This document shows positions 1 to 13,257 of a stretch of DNA of 64,000 nucleotides, piece after piece. A program made the position numbers and the translations under genes. Numbering within the stretch: position 1 is the first letter of the stretch; every line of letters begins with the position of its first letter. The DNA comes from Geosiphon pyriformis uo1. Its lineage: Eukaryota > Fungi > Glomeromycota. The notes under the pieces were generated by a model. That model saw only the letters and a program-made list of their open reading frames with translations, was not told the origin of the DNA and made no database searches. The DNA is taken from positions 218,907 to 282,906 of the forward strand of contig JAAOMT010000521.1 of assembly GCA_016748015.1 (NCBI GenBank), given 5' to 3'.

Positions 1-159
1 AAATAACATAAACATTAAAATATTTTTAACGGCGGAAATAATATTGTCAAGTTTTATTATAATAATATTTTTTAAAATGATTTAATTTAAAAAAAATCAA
101 AAGGCAAAACTTTTTGAAGTTAGAAAAACATTAATATTTCCTAAAAACTTTATTTATTT

Positions 160-537
160 TACCTATGCTTTAAAATAGAGTTTAAATGTTTTTGACAGAT
201 TTCTTGTTGTTCCCATCCTTTTTTTATAACAAAATTCAAGATTTAATAATGCTTTTGTATTACCCATCTCTGCTGCTTTTGAATAGAGTCAAATGCTTTT
301 TCATCATTTTTCATCATTCCTTCTACATTAGCATAACAAATTCCAAGATTTAATTATCCATCTAAATCTCCTGATTTTGCTACTTTTAAATAGCGTTAAA
401 TGCTTTTTCCTCATTTTTTGATTGCCCTTGAGATGTTTTTTGAAAAAATGGCTAAATTTTCTTTTTGATAACAATGAAATCTTCTTTAAGACAATTGGAG
501 GCAAAATCGCGTTTTCAATCAATTAATTGAAAGACAT
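160..537 (-). pseudogene. Truncated, frameshifted Sel1-repeat pseudogene, paralogue of the gene at 7179-8405
   Basis: DNA such as tctgctgcttttgaatagagt(t)caaatgctttt matches the 108-bp repeat unit of the 7179-8405 gene. The ATG context (aagacat, 531-537) and upstream blocks are also shared. No long open frame remains. Confidence 0.7.
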
Positions 538-1144
538 GGTTTTCAAACAACGCAAAGGGATTATCGAATTTCAAATAATTTGTATAGGGAAAGAAAGATT
601 TCTATATTAATCAATTTAAATCATATTCCCGAAAACGCTAGGCCATGCAATGTTAGAATATGAAAGAAATTTCTGAAAATAGACAGTTATCCGATTGATA
701 TTTTTTAACGAATAGAGGATTATTTTAAAAATACAGCTTGTTATCAAGATTAAATAAAATCCTTTTGAAGGAAACTAAATAATTTTCATTTTTCAATGAA
801 AATTATTTAGTTCTCACTTTGAAGGACAATATTAATAACATCTTGAAACATATATGTTGTTATGATTATCATTTTACTCCTGCAAAAATGTGCTTAAAAA
901 TTAAGCTTTATCTAAATTGGGCCGCAACAATCTTAATAATTTAACCCCCGAGATCTACAACGTTACAAAGAAACAACGTCTTACCAAAAATAAACCATCT
1001 TCTCATTGTCTCTTCAGCGCACAATGCTGGGTATTACTAACAAATTGGCATAACTCGGATCATGTACTACCTTTTCTTTGTTTTGTGCCTATTTAGGAAT
1101 CAATGAGAAATTTTCTATAAATATAGTTAATTTTTTAGATTCAA

Positions 1145-1265
1145 AAAATAACAAAAAAACCATCTAATTTTAATAATAAACCGAAAATCAAAAATCTCAT
1201 CAAATCTCAATAATAACAAAAATCCACCAATTTCAATAATAACAAAAAATCCATCAAATTTCAAA
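1145..1265 (+). repeat. Imperfect ~27-bp tandem repeat immediately upstream of a Sel1 gene ATG
   Basis: Three to four copies of approximately aataataacaaaaatccatcaaatttc; the last copy runs into the ATG at 1266. Confidence 0.55.
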
Positions 1266-2168
1266 ATGATTTCAAATCTCCATCCAGAAAATTATATCAA
1301 TGGTCCCTTGAACCAGATCGCAAAAAGTTTCCTTGAGTCGATCGATCGTGGAGAAACTTACTGTAATATCGCGCTCGACATCCAAAACAATCTTGAAAGT
1401 CACAATCTTTCCCTGGAATATCTAATTGAAAAACTCACGATTAGAACACATTATGTTCGACAGTTTAGATGCCTCCTCGGATTCTGTCATCAGTATATCA
1501 AGGAATGTTTTGATCCGATAAAAGCATTTGAAGCTTACGAGGTTTCTTCCGATAGTGGTTACTCGTATGGCCATCTATTCCTTGGAATCTGTTTCGAGAC
1601 TGAATTTGGCGTGAAAAAAAATCCAGAAAGAGCTTTCGAATTGTACCTGATGTCTGCGAATGATGGTAATGGACATTCCCAATATAGGCTTGCACGGTGT
1701 TATCAGCGTGAAATAGGAACCATTGCTGATATGGAAAAATCATTAGAATGGTTTCTTAGATCAGCTGAATCTGGTCACTTAGGTGCCCAAAATAACGCCG
1801 GATGCTTTTACAAATCAGGATTAGGTACCCAGCGAGATCTTGTCAAAGCTTTCTATTGGTATCAAACAGCAGCCAGGGCTGGTCTTCCCTGTGCTCAATT
1901 TAATTTGGCCGAGTGCTTTCGAGAGGCACAGGGTACAAAAAGGGATGATAAAAGAGCATTATATTGGTACAAGAAAGCTGCAGCGGGTGATGATTTTAAT
2001 GCCAAAATTCAGCTGGCTAACCTCGATAAAGAACAGGTCATCAAAAAGGAGGAGAAATACGCATCAAACGTTTATTTGAGCTCGGCAAGTTGTGGTAATC
2101 CTCAGGCTCAATTTGTTCCAAAGGAAATGTACAAAAATCGAAAATATGTTCTGGATCACGAACTGTGA
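1266..2168 (+). CDS. Sel1-like repeat (SLR) protein, 300 aa, intronless
   Basis: 36-aa Sel1 repeats such as AQNNAGCFYKSGLGTQRDLVKAFYWYQTAARAG and AQFNLAECFREAQGTKRDDKRALYWYKKAAAG. Confidence 0.9.
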   Translation: MISNLHPENYINGPLNQIAKSFLESIDRGETYCNIALDIQNNLESHNLSLEYLIEKLTIRTHYVRQFRCLLGFCHQYIKECFDPIKAFEAYEVSSDSGYSYGHLFLGICFETEFGVKKNPERAFELYLMSANDGNGHSQYRLARCYQREIGTIADMEKSLEWFLRSAESGHLGAQNNAGCFYKSGLGTQRDLVKAFYWYQTAARAGLPCAQFNLAECFREAQGTKRDDKRALYWYKKAAAGDDFNAKIQLANLDKEQVIKKEEKYASNVYLSSASCGNPQAQFVPKEMYKNRKYVLDHEL

Positions 2169-3912
2169 CTCCCGTTAATCCGAAGTTGAATTAACTGTAC
2201 GGTTGCCGACAGAAGAAGCTGAACACGAAAAAAATGGCGAAATATGAATATCTCGCCAAAATTTAATAAAATACATTGGCTAAAATGACAAATATTATTT
2301 TTCTTCTAATACAACAAACTTATTTGCAATAATATAATGTTGAAATTATTTGTAAGTTATAAAATGACCTTTAAATTATAACTCCTAAATTATTAATAAT
2401 GTGTATTTTGCAAAATATTTGTAAATAAGATTTTAAATTAATTATAAGCTTATCAGTAGTTATAGAAAATAAATTTTGATATTTTCTTTTAACATTATAA
2501 ATGTAATTACTTTACTGTACAAACTTAAAGGTTTGCCAGGTTTAATTTAATCTTTAGAGCTGGAATAAAACAAGAATACTCTCTTTTTTTTAGTATATTC
2601 AATACTTTTATTATTGAATGATAATACTCTACAAATGTGGTGGTTTTTGAGAAAAAAGTTGCATTTTTTCTGATTCGGTTTTAAATTATTTCAAAAGTAA
2701 AACTAATTTGAAAACTTTGTTTAAAGATAATTCGGATAATTGATTAGTAATTATTTAGATATGAATTTAATTATTCAAAGAATTAAAGAGAAGTGGGATT
2801 TAATAAAAGATTATAAAACAAAAATAAAATACTTGATTAAATTATTTTTTATTGTTTTCAATATAAACTTAAATTAAAAAAGTGAAAAAATTAAGCAATA
2901 AAATGCTATTTAGTGCAATTACCCATATAATAAATAACAAAATAAATTTTTGAAACTTTTACAAAAAGCACTATTTTTATGTTATAGGTTGGATTAACAA
3001 ATTAACAGATAACAGGAGTTAAAATACCTTAAAAAATTATAACATAAAAGCAAATTAAATGTTCCAGTAATATAATTAATGAATCTCTTTTTGCCGTTGA
3101 ATTTGTTTAAAAACAAAAATTTTAAAAATTTCAAAGCTGCCATGTTTACATTTCAGAACAATAATAATAATAATAATAATAATAATATTTGATATTAATT
3201 AAACCAAGGGTTTTTTTAATAAAAATTATATATATATAGTAGTTAAAAAATTAAAGATAAAATATAAGAATAAAAACGAGAATTTAATAAACAAATATTC
3301 TATAAATTGTCATTAATATATTTATATTATTTTGAATTAAAATTATTTACTATTTTAAAATTATATTAAATTAAATATTCAATTATTATAACAAAACTCT
3401 CAGAATTTATGGTCTATTATTAATAATTTTATTCTTCCTAGTAATGTGACTAGTAAAGAATGAGAAAGAAAATTCCACAAGCCAAAGAAATAATTGGAAA
3501 TCAGGTTGGGTCAAAAAATCATTTTTGACAGTATAAGTTCAACCAGCTGAAATTATAAATTTTATTCTGTCTCACATTATAAGAAAAAACCAAAAAGTTA
3601 GAGAATATTCACTTTTCTCCTTTGATTAATAAACTAAAATATAAAAATTTTATATCAGAAAAATCTTAATATGTAAGTAATAGGTTATTTGATAAATGCT
3701 AATTAATGTAAATTCAAGATGTCGTTTCGGTTTCATGCTTTTGAATCAGCTTAACGTATTTAAGAAGCAGTGATTATGCTCCTCTCAGAACTACTAGTTT
3801 AGGCAAAAGGACAATGGGAAACTGGTTTGACGCCTTTGTGTACTAAAGCTACTTGGATTATTTATAGTTAAACAATAATGCTTCAAGGGAAAGGGAATAT
3901 GAAAAAACTGAT

Positions 3913-3948
3913 CATAGTGATTTACACTCGAATAATATTTTACATTGG
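3913..3948 (+). pseudogene. Relic of a protein kinase catalytic loop (tyrosine-kinase-like, HxDLHxxNIL type)
   Basis: cat agt gat tta cac tcg aat aat att tta reads HSDLHSNNIL, close to the HRDLHSGNIL loop of Glomeromycotina kinases. The flanks have no open frame. Confidence 0.4.
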
Positions 3949-6900
3949 ATTAACTGATGAGCAAACAATGAATCATTAAAGTTAGAAACAACAGCAAACA
4001 ATAGAAGGGAATATTATTTGTTATCACTTATGAAACGAATAAGATTAATCTCATTATAGAGCTTAAAAATTATGATGTCCGATCACGATTAGCTATTAAA
4101 TATAATAGATAATAAAAGAAATAAGTTTTAAACAAGAGAATAAATTTTATTAATGATCAATGATAGATGTAATTTCTTACTTTCAGGCAAATACACAAAT
4201 TCTTTTGTAAAGTAAATTTTTAATGTATTATAATAATTAAATCAATAAATTAATTATGTCTAAATTATATAAAATAACCTTTAGAAAAATTAACCATTTG
4301 TACAGTTAAAGATTGACTTGTATAAATTGCTCCTGGATACTGTATAGGAACTTTATTTCAAATTTTCTAAATATTAAATCAATTTACAAGTTATGCTTTA
4401 ATAATAGATATTTTTATGAAAATAAATAATTTTTTTGTCACTGTAGTTTATTTAACACTAAAACAGAAGAGTTTTATTAACGGCCACTTTTAGTTTCTTT
4501 TTTGTTAGCTCTCGGGTTCCAGTTTCTCTTTTAGCTAGGCTAATTTACCATTTCAATATGTTAAATTCAAACCTATAGTAAATGCATATTAGAACTTGAA
4601 TTCAATATAAATTAACGATTTGAGCATTACACTACCATTTGATAAAATTATATTCGATCTTTTAGTCGAAACTTTTAAATACCGAGAATAAGCAACCCGC
4701 CTCGAATTCGATCCAAAATTGACCACGTAGAGGGTTACTTATTTATTTTTTATTTCAAAATAATTAATTAGAAAATAATCTGGAATTTATTAAAATTTAT
4801 TTTTAAGTTACCATGTGTTTTATATAATTTCTCAAAAAGTGTTAAAAAAACATGTTTCATGTAATTAATCAATTAATCCAGATTAAGTAAATTTATTAAC
4901 TATAATATTTGAAAAATTTCACTATTTTTGGATATTTTTTAATTACAAACTAAAAAAAAATTGTTCAAATTTATGATTGAGGTCTTTTATAGTTTTGAAA
5001 GGTATTTTTATAAATTTAATAAAAGAATAAATAATTCAGTCAATAATTCGATCAAAAATTAAATTAACAATCAAGTTATGACTAAAACACTAAAAAATTA
5101 AATAAAATAAGAAATATAAGTTTTACTAAATTGAAATTTAATTATAACAGTAATTGAAAAAATAAACTAAAACTATTTTCAAATTAATAATTAGAGCATT
5201 ATCAAATTTAAACAGAGATTAATAGTTCAAATTCATTGATTTAATAGAGTTTTAAAGTTAAAGATTTTGGCCAAGGAAATGATAATTAAAAAAAATTAAT
5301 TCAACATTTTTAATGTTAATTGCTTTAAAATTTTTAGAATTAATTAACAAAAGCATCTTGTTGTTTATTTAATTTATTAAAAAAAAATTTATTGTAAGAT
5401 ATTATTTTCCAAGGTTTAAACTTAATTTTAATGAATAATTGCACTTCAACAATGTCACTCACTCTGATTAAGAGATATTTGACTAAAGAAGAGATAATTG
5501 GGTATTTTTTATTCGTCAAAAATAAATAACTGAACGTTGAGTCAATTTGCTATTAATAATTCTCCCTTATCTTTTTAGGCTTTAAATTATATTCCTTACC
5601 GATTTAATCCTGCAATCTCGTCCACTAAAATTAAAATATGTCACTCACTTCGCTATTGTACCTTATATTTCTAACTTTATCAATAATAATATGTGGTTGT
5701 TTAGGATATCAAAATGTCATCTGCCAAAATTCATGGCTGCATATTTTTAAACCTTAATCTTTTAATATTAAAATTTTTGCAAAAATGAACTACATTAAAA
5801 TTATTTGGTTGTAATTGATGAATCTCAAATGGTAATTTTAAATCGAATTATAAAAGGTATTTTACAGCTTGTCGAATAAATTTACTCAATATAGTAATTT
5901 TATAACCAGGAGACATTAGAATATTTTTTTGAATTTTCAAAAAACAATAATTTTTATTATATTGAATTAAAGTTTCGAAAATTTGTGTTGTAAGCTCGAG
6001 CTCCAGAGTAAGAAAAAAAGCCAAAAAATTGAGAAAAATATTAGCATAATTGTATCATGATAAAATGCTATATTGATTTTTATGTGAAAACCCTGGACAT
6101 TCATAAACTATTGACTGATTACAATCACAATCAAAACCCGCAACCCAATACTCAGGATATATTGTACATCGGTAACCAAATATTTCGAGAAATGGGAAAA
6201 ACTCGGTGGTATGTGTATTGGTTGATATTTGAATATGTTAGTTAATATTAATTATGTTTGATTATAGATCACAATGAGCCATATCAAAAGAATAAATTCT
6301 ATAAAGTCTAGCAACTATGGCCTATTTAATCATTAACTTATCAAACCAAAAAGTAAAATTTTAATTTATATATGCCTTTTTGAAGACCTTATTGCCATTT
6401 TACAATGATTATTTTATAAATTTTATTGCTACTTCCTTTCTTTCCCTTTCAAATTATTATTTTTCCTTTCACAATTCATTTTACTATAATTTTTTATGCT
6501 ATATAAATGCTTTTATGGAATTCAAGAATAATAAACAACTATAATATGATAGTTATTATTTTTATTTATGGTGAAATAAAGAGTGAATTTTTAGTTATTT
6601 AATTATTTTATGTGATTCATTTAAATCTTACTATTTCATTTCAAAGGATTATAAATTTTCAAAAAGTGTTATAAAATAAATTAATTACTATAATTCTGAT
6701 TATATACTCTTTTTTCAACTGGAAATCTAAAAAATCTATGCAATTATAAATTTTTAATTAATTTGTAAGTCTGATTGTTTAATTCAATTAAACTTTTATC
6801 AAAGGTTTAAACAACATAAACGATAATTTTAATCTTGATATATATTTTTTATTGCTTAAAAACAAATATAAAACCAAGAACATTTTATTACAGATGCAGC

Positions 6901-7178
6901 CCGCATATGACCAGCCACCCAGATTTAATATAAATTAAATAAAATTGATTATTGTAAATATAGATAAAAAATTAAAATAATTATTATAAATAAAAAGAGT
7001 GTTTGATTAAAAAAATAATTAAGTATTAACAATAATGCTGTAATTTAAAGAATGATTAACTGAAAAAATAATTCATTAATAGATAAGAATAATTTAATTA
7101 AAAGTAATGATAGTATAATTAGAAAAAATGATAATGTGACTAGAAAGAAATAAAAAATTTCAGCAAATAAAAGAAATC

Positions 7179-8405
7179 TTAATCCAATTCAGTATCAAAA
7201 CAAAGTTCAAGATTGTATTGTGCAGCAGTATTTCCTTCTTTTGCTAATTTTAAATAGAGTTTCAATGCTTTTGCCACATTTTTTGTTGTTCCCCATCCAT
7301 TGAAATAATAATCTCCAAGCTTCAATTGTGCACTTATATTTCCTGCCTCGGCTGCTTTTAAATAGAGTTTAAATGCTTTTTCTGAATTTTTTGTCGTTCC
7401 TTCTCCATTAGCATAACAGATTGCGGCGTTGTATTGTGCAAGTGTATTTCCTGCCTCGGCTGCTTTGAAATAGAGTTTAAATGCTTTTTCTAAATTTTTT
7501 GTCGTTCCCCTTCCATTAGCATAACAGATTGCGGCGTTGTATTGTCCAAGTGTATTACCCGCCTCTGCTGCTTTTGAATAGAGTTCAAATGCTTTTTCTG
7601 AATTTTCTGTCGTTCCTTCTCCATAAGCATAACAAAGTGCAAGATTGCATTGCGCATTTAAATATCCCACCTCTGCTGCTTTTGAAAAATATTCAAATGC
7701 TTTTTCTGAATTTTTTGTCGTTCCTTCTCCATTAGCATAACAAAGTGCAAGATTGTATTGTGCAAGTGTATTACCCGTCTTTGCAGCTTTCGAATAGAGT
7801 TCAAATGCTTTTTCTGAATTTTTTGTCGTTCCTTCTCCATTAGCATAACAAATCGCAAGATTATATTGTCCAAGTGTATTACCCGCCTCTGCTGCTTTTG
7901 AATAGAGTTCAAATGCTTTTTCGTGATTTTTCTTTGTTCCCCATCCATAAAAATAACAATTTCCAAAAGATCTTTGTGCAGTCGTATCTCCCGCCTCTGC
8001 TGCTTTTGAATAGAGTTCAAATGCTTTTCCTTGATCTTGAGAGGTACCAATTCCCTTTTCATAACAATGTCCTAAGAAGAATTGTCCAAGAGAATCTTTT
8101 GAATTCGCTGCTTTCTGGAATCCTAAAAATGCTTTTGTGAAATTGGGAACAGTTCCAAGCCCATGCTCTGAACAAAAGCCGAACAAAATATAGTCTATTG
8201 AACGCTTTGAACTTTTATTATCCAAATAATTGAATAAGTTTTCAGGTGTTTTCTGATTGTGTACAAGATATTTTTTCACCAAGTCAGCAACTTTTGAATA
8301 TTCACTAGCTGGAAATAGGGCCAAATTTTCATTGATGACAATAAATGCTCCTTCTAACCAATCGAGGGGTGAAGTTGCATTTTCGTTTGATGAAGTTGAA
8401 GACAT
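7179..8405 (-). CDS. Sel1-like repeat protein with about 9 tandem, highly similar 36-aa repeats
   Basis: Repeats of AQYNLAxCYANGEGTTKNSEKAFELYSKAAEAGN. First ATG (MSSTSS) at 8405; the ORF-track start at 8414 is a TTG. Confidence 0.92.
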   Translation of the reverse strand: MSSTSSNENATSPLDWLEGAFIVINENLALFPASEYSKVADLVKKYLVHNQKTPENLFNYLDNKSSKRSIDYILFGFCSEHGLGTVPNFTKAFLGFQKAANSKDSLGQFFLGHCYEKGIGTSQDQGKAFELYSKAAEAGDTTAQRSFGNCYFYGWGTKKNHEKAFELYSKAAEAGNTLGQYNLAICYANGEGTTKNSEKAFELYSKAAKTGNTLAQYNLALCYANGEGTTKNSEKAFEYFSKAAEVGYLNAQCNLALCYAYGEGTTENSEKAFELYSKAAEAGNTLGQYNAAICYANGRGTTKNLEKAFKLYFKAAEAGNTLAQYNAAICYANGEGTTKNSEKAFKLYLKAAEAGNISAQLKLGDYYFNGWGTTKNVAKALKLYLKLAKEGNTAAQYNLELCFDTELD

Positions 8406-9039
8406 AATTTTCAAGTAACAAAAATGGATTTCAAACTTGAAATATTTTGTAAGGGCAAGGAAGAATTTTTAAAGAGTTCGTCTTGCTAATAAATAAGGTT
8501 TGCACACAATCCCGAAAAGGCTAGGTCTTGAAGAAATCTGAAACGCTAGAAAGTTCTGAAAATAGACGCGACTTCAATCCCTCATTTAAATTGCTTAAAC
8601 GGGTGGAGATCGAATAACTGTAAAGGGTAAAGAGGCTATGATTGTCTAATTGTCAATTTAAATGAAAACCTACACTTTTGATTGGTGATTTCTTATTTCA
8701 ATAGCTCATTGATATGATGTTTATATGACAAAACTTCTGGAATAAAGGTTCTGACATTGTGATAATTTAGCAAGTCTGTTAAAAAATGTGCCTATAATGA
8801 TAATATTAGATTTGGTTTTAGCAAGCCTGAATTGGAATACAATAGAGGCTAAGTGGCTGTACATGAAAACAGACAAAATCAAAAATAGTAAGTCCAATAT
8901 AAATTAATCTAAAAGAAAATTAGGATTAAATTAATTCAATACGTTCTAACTCTTTTCCCAATTACTAATTAACATCTAGCACATAATATTGGTTCTTATA
9001 TGAAGGTAAATTTCGAATAAACATTTGATAAAATTATGT

Positions 9040-9168
9040 TCTTGTTCCTTTATAGATTGTTCTTATATAAAGAAAAAATTGTTAATTAATCAATTGGTTT
9101 TATAAAAAAATGTTCTTTGTAAGAGATTGTTCTTTTATTGAGAGTTTTTTTATGGAGGTCTGACTGTA
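9040..9168. mobile_element. Possible isolated terminus of a pogo/Tc1-type element
   Basis: Ends ...ggaggtctgactg-TA with subterminal tgttct repeats. It resembles, in the same orientation, the end at 12870-12944. Confidence 0.3.
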
Positions 9169-11100
9169 TAAGAAATTTGTAAATAAATTATTGATTTATA
9201 ATTTTAATATGGTAAAGACTATATTAGTATAATATTTTAATGATTATATACAAGCTAATTTAATTAGCTTAACTTCTGTTATTTTTTTTACAGTTGGTTG
9301 TCAATTGCTTTAAAGAAAAAACTTTATAAGTCTAAATATTCAAGTATTGTTTATATTTGCTGTAGTTTATTAAAAAACTTTGATTATATTTTTTTGTATA
9401 TTTTAAATTATATTATAAAAAATAGTATTATTGTTAATACTTTGGTAAAAAACAATTTGTCTAATTAATTAGTTATTAATTCTTTGGTAATTTAAATTTT
9501 ACATAATATTAAAATTAATAACTGTATATATATGGCTATTGTAAAAAATTTTGTGATTAAATTAGTTTTAAAACTGTTATATCTAGTATTAATTTTATAT
9601 GTAATATAACTATATATTATAAGTTAAATATATAATCATTAAATTTTAAATTCAGAGTTTTTATAAAAAATATGGTTTATTTACCAGTAATAATTTGATT
9701 TATTAAATTTTAATAACTTATTTTTAAGTAATTTTTTAGTAAATTTTTGTAGTTTGAATTTTGATTTTAGTATTTTAGTTAATTTTAATTTTAAGGTTCT
9801 ATTTTTTTATTTTCTTTTGGGTTTTATAATAGCAGATGTTTTTGGTAATATAAGTCTTGATTGGTTTAAGTGGCTGTTTATATGTAAAAAAGCATAAATT
9901 ATACTTATTTTAGAATTTTATGTGATTGTATTATATTAAGTAATAATTGAACTGCATTAATTAAATAAAATAAAATAAAAAGCAAACAATTATTAATTTT
10001 AACAATAACAACATCCAAACCTTTATAAAAACTAAAAATAATAACAGTATATTTTAATTGTTAAGTAGAAGAAAAAATATTTTAATTTAAAGCCAAAAAG
10101 AATGCTTGTAGTTTTTTTTACTCTTTGCTCCAGTTGTGGTTATAAAATTACAAAAGAAAAAGGGCTTTTTATCTTTTATTTTTATTTTTATATTAAATGT
10201 TTTATTAAATATACTTATTATAATTTTTTAAATTATTTATAATTAATAATATAATATTATACTATAATTTACAAGCATTCTTAAAACTTGTTATATATAT
10301 TTAAATATTGACAAAGCTAATATGTAGCAATTTTTAAAATTATTATTCTAAATAAAAAAATTAAATATTAAATATTATAAATAATTTATAATTAACAAAA
10401 ATTAACATGAAATTTTATATACAGACCACAAAAAATTTTTGAGTTAATATTTTGATGTAAATTACAAAATAAATAAATTAATAAAAATAAAAATATTTAT
10501 TTAATAAATCTTAAAAAATTGCATAATACTGTTATGTTTATTTATTATTATTTTATTTAAAATAATTCTTAATTTAATTGCTAAATTAATTATCGGTTTT
10601 TTATAAAACATGATTTCAAATTAAAATTTTTTTGCTTAATAACACATTAATTTGGCAAACTCTAAATCTGATTCTTTTTTTATAGTTAAAAATGGTTATT
10701 CTGGAGAAAATGTAAAGTCTACCTAAATAAGATAAGGTAAAAGGGGGTAATTTGGAAAATCAAGGTTTTAGCAAAATAAAATTCGCATGCGAGAATAAAC
10801 ACGTGAAATTATGTCATTTTGATACAATCCACCACAAATTATTAACTTCGGGACAATACAAAATACGAAACTCTAAGAAATTCCAATTTAAGCTCTTCGG
10901 CTTAAGTGCATGAAATAAATATTATTAGATAACTAAAAATATAGGTCAAGAGATTAACAACGATTATTTCTAAACACTTTTTTCTGTGTAACCATTAGAT
11001 TTTTAACCAAATTCTCATTTATTTTATATTTTATACGATATTAAATAATATGATATATTTGTTAAATTCAAATTGTATGACTTATTTTTTTGACTTTAAG

Positions 11101-12944
11101 CAACAAAAATGAGCAGCAGTTAATGATGCTCTTTGTAAAGAAATTTGTCAATATTTCAAAAATTATTATGGCACGAAACATGATGATATCGTAGCTTACT
11201 TCAATCATAAATATCCGGAACTTCATATTTCTCATTTAACTGTCTCCAAGATAATCAAAGAGCATGCAAAGTGGTTGAATATTGAAATTAATAAAATCTC
11301 AGAAAAATCTATTCGACACAAAAGCATTAAATTTCTATTATTAGACCAAGCTTTAAGTTATTGGGTAGAACAAATAACTGCAGCCACTATCGAATTCAAT
11401 GATCAACTAATTAAAGAGAAAGGAAAAGAATTTGCCAAATTTCTTGGTATGCACAAAAATAAAATACAATTCTCAAATAGATGGGTTCAAAAATTCAAAA
11501 AACGAAACCAGTTATATGTTTACCGATTTCATGATGAAGCAGGAAGTGTATCAACTGAAAGTTTACCAGAAAAATGAAGAAAATTAAAAACCATTATATC
11601 CGAATTTGATCCTGCTGACATATATAATGCTAATGAAACAGGATTATTTTTTTGTATGGAAAATCAAACACTTGCAAAACATCGAAATGCAAGAAAAAAA
11701 TTGGTATATTATATTTACTAATTGTTATCTTTATATTATTGTTATATTAAATTACTTGGGTTTTTTATAGGATAAATCTCGGATTACAATTCTTTTTGCT
11801 ATAAATTCAACTGGATCTCACAAATTGCAACCTTTAGTAATTGGACATGCAAAAAATGCAAAATGCTTTAAAGGAATTAATACTTTCAACCTACTTGTAA
11901 TTTACAAATTCAATTCCAAAGCATGGCTCAAATATATAAATGAAGACTTTCGAATTCAAAATCAGCATATATTACTTTTGGTTGATAATGCAATTTCTTA
12001 TCATACTCAAATTGGAGAAGATTCATTCTAATTAACTAATATTACTTTGCACTTTTTTTCTTCAAATATTATATCATTTCTTCAACCAATGGATGCTGGC
12101 ATTATTAAATTTTTTAAAGGCAAATATAAGTACTTATATTGTCAACATATTTTACATCAATTTGAACAAAAAATTAATATTGAATAGTTAAGTAATATAA
12201 TATATACAGTATTATTATCATTATATATTATATAATTTTATCTAATATTAATTTATTTTTTAGAAATAAATTAAACATAAAACAAGCAATTTATTATGTT
12301 GTTCAATCATGGTTTTAAGTAACATCTGTTACAATGCAAAACTGTTGGCAAAAAACGGATATTCTTTTCTATAATCAAGAATTAGAAATTCAAGAATCCG
12401 AAACATCAATTTCTATAGATATATTCAACAATTTACCATTAAATACATAACAATTAGTCAAAAATTTCGAAGATTATACTGTAGCAGTTGATAAATTATT
12501 GGCAACTGAAAATATTCTTGATAATAATAAAATTGTAGATATGGTTTTAGCTGATGCTCAATTTAAAACTAATACAATTAATAACTTGGAAGAAGAATTA
12601 AAAGAATTTCTACCTGTTATAATTATAATTACAGAAGCATATGAAGCATTCAAAAACATAATTAGATTTGAAAAGCAATTAACAGAAGAAAATTTTAGTA
12701 TAAAAAACCAAAATTTACATAGAAAAAAATTATATGTATATGAAAAAAAAAGGAAAATTCTAAAAAACAGATAACAACTAATCAATAATCAATATTTTAA
12801 TAATAATAATAATAATAATTAATTGATTTAATAAATAAATATAGTTTATTTAATAATAATTATAAAACTTTATAATAGAACACCTCTAAAATAGAACATA
12901 ATTTGTATATTCTAACTGTGTTTTATTATAAAAATCTAATTGTA
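11101..12944 (+). mobile_element. Decayed pogo/Tigger (CENP-B HTH + DDE-1) DNA transposon with spliceosomal introns
   Basis: HTH region (FSNRWVQKFKKRN, HDEAGSV) and DDE-1 motifs (IYNANETGLF, KSRITIL, LLLVDNA, LQPMDAGII, QNCWQKT). GT-AG intron at 11704-11770 and a second intron at about 12190-12263. In-frame stops are present. Right end ...atctaattg-TA at 12942-12944; left end not found. Confidence 0.85.
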
Positions 12945-13137
12945 CTTGGCTTTTTAATTAAAAAAACTAACAAAATTAACAAATTTTTTACAAATTAATA
13001 AAACAGATTAGCTTTTAGCAATAATATTGTTATAGTTAAAACTTTTACTTTTTAAACTTTATTTATTTACTTAATTATAATTAATTATATGTAATAATTA
13101 TTAAATTTATTTATTAATTATTTTAATTTTAAAATTA

Positions 13138-13257
13138 GTTATTAATATGATTATTAACTTAATTAATAACTTGATCATTGACTTGGTTATTAACTTGATT
13201 ATTAATCTGATTATTAACCAAATTATTAATGTAATTACTAATCTAGTTATTAGTTTC
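13138..13257. repeat. 12-bp minisatellite, about 10 degenerate units
   Basis: Units gttattaatatg / attattaactta / attaataacttg / atcattgacttg / gttattaacttg / attattaatctg and so on. Confidence 0.65.

Noticed and set aside
6057-6245. Small ORF of 62 aa
   Set aside because: It has no recognisable motif or splice partners and is compatible with chance in AT-rich DNA.
1266-8405. Intronless Sel1 genes as recent bacterial transfers or contamination
   Set aside because: There is no operon structure or ribosome-binding sites, the genes are contiguous with intron-rich fungal genes, and Sel1 expansions are normal in this fungal group.
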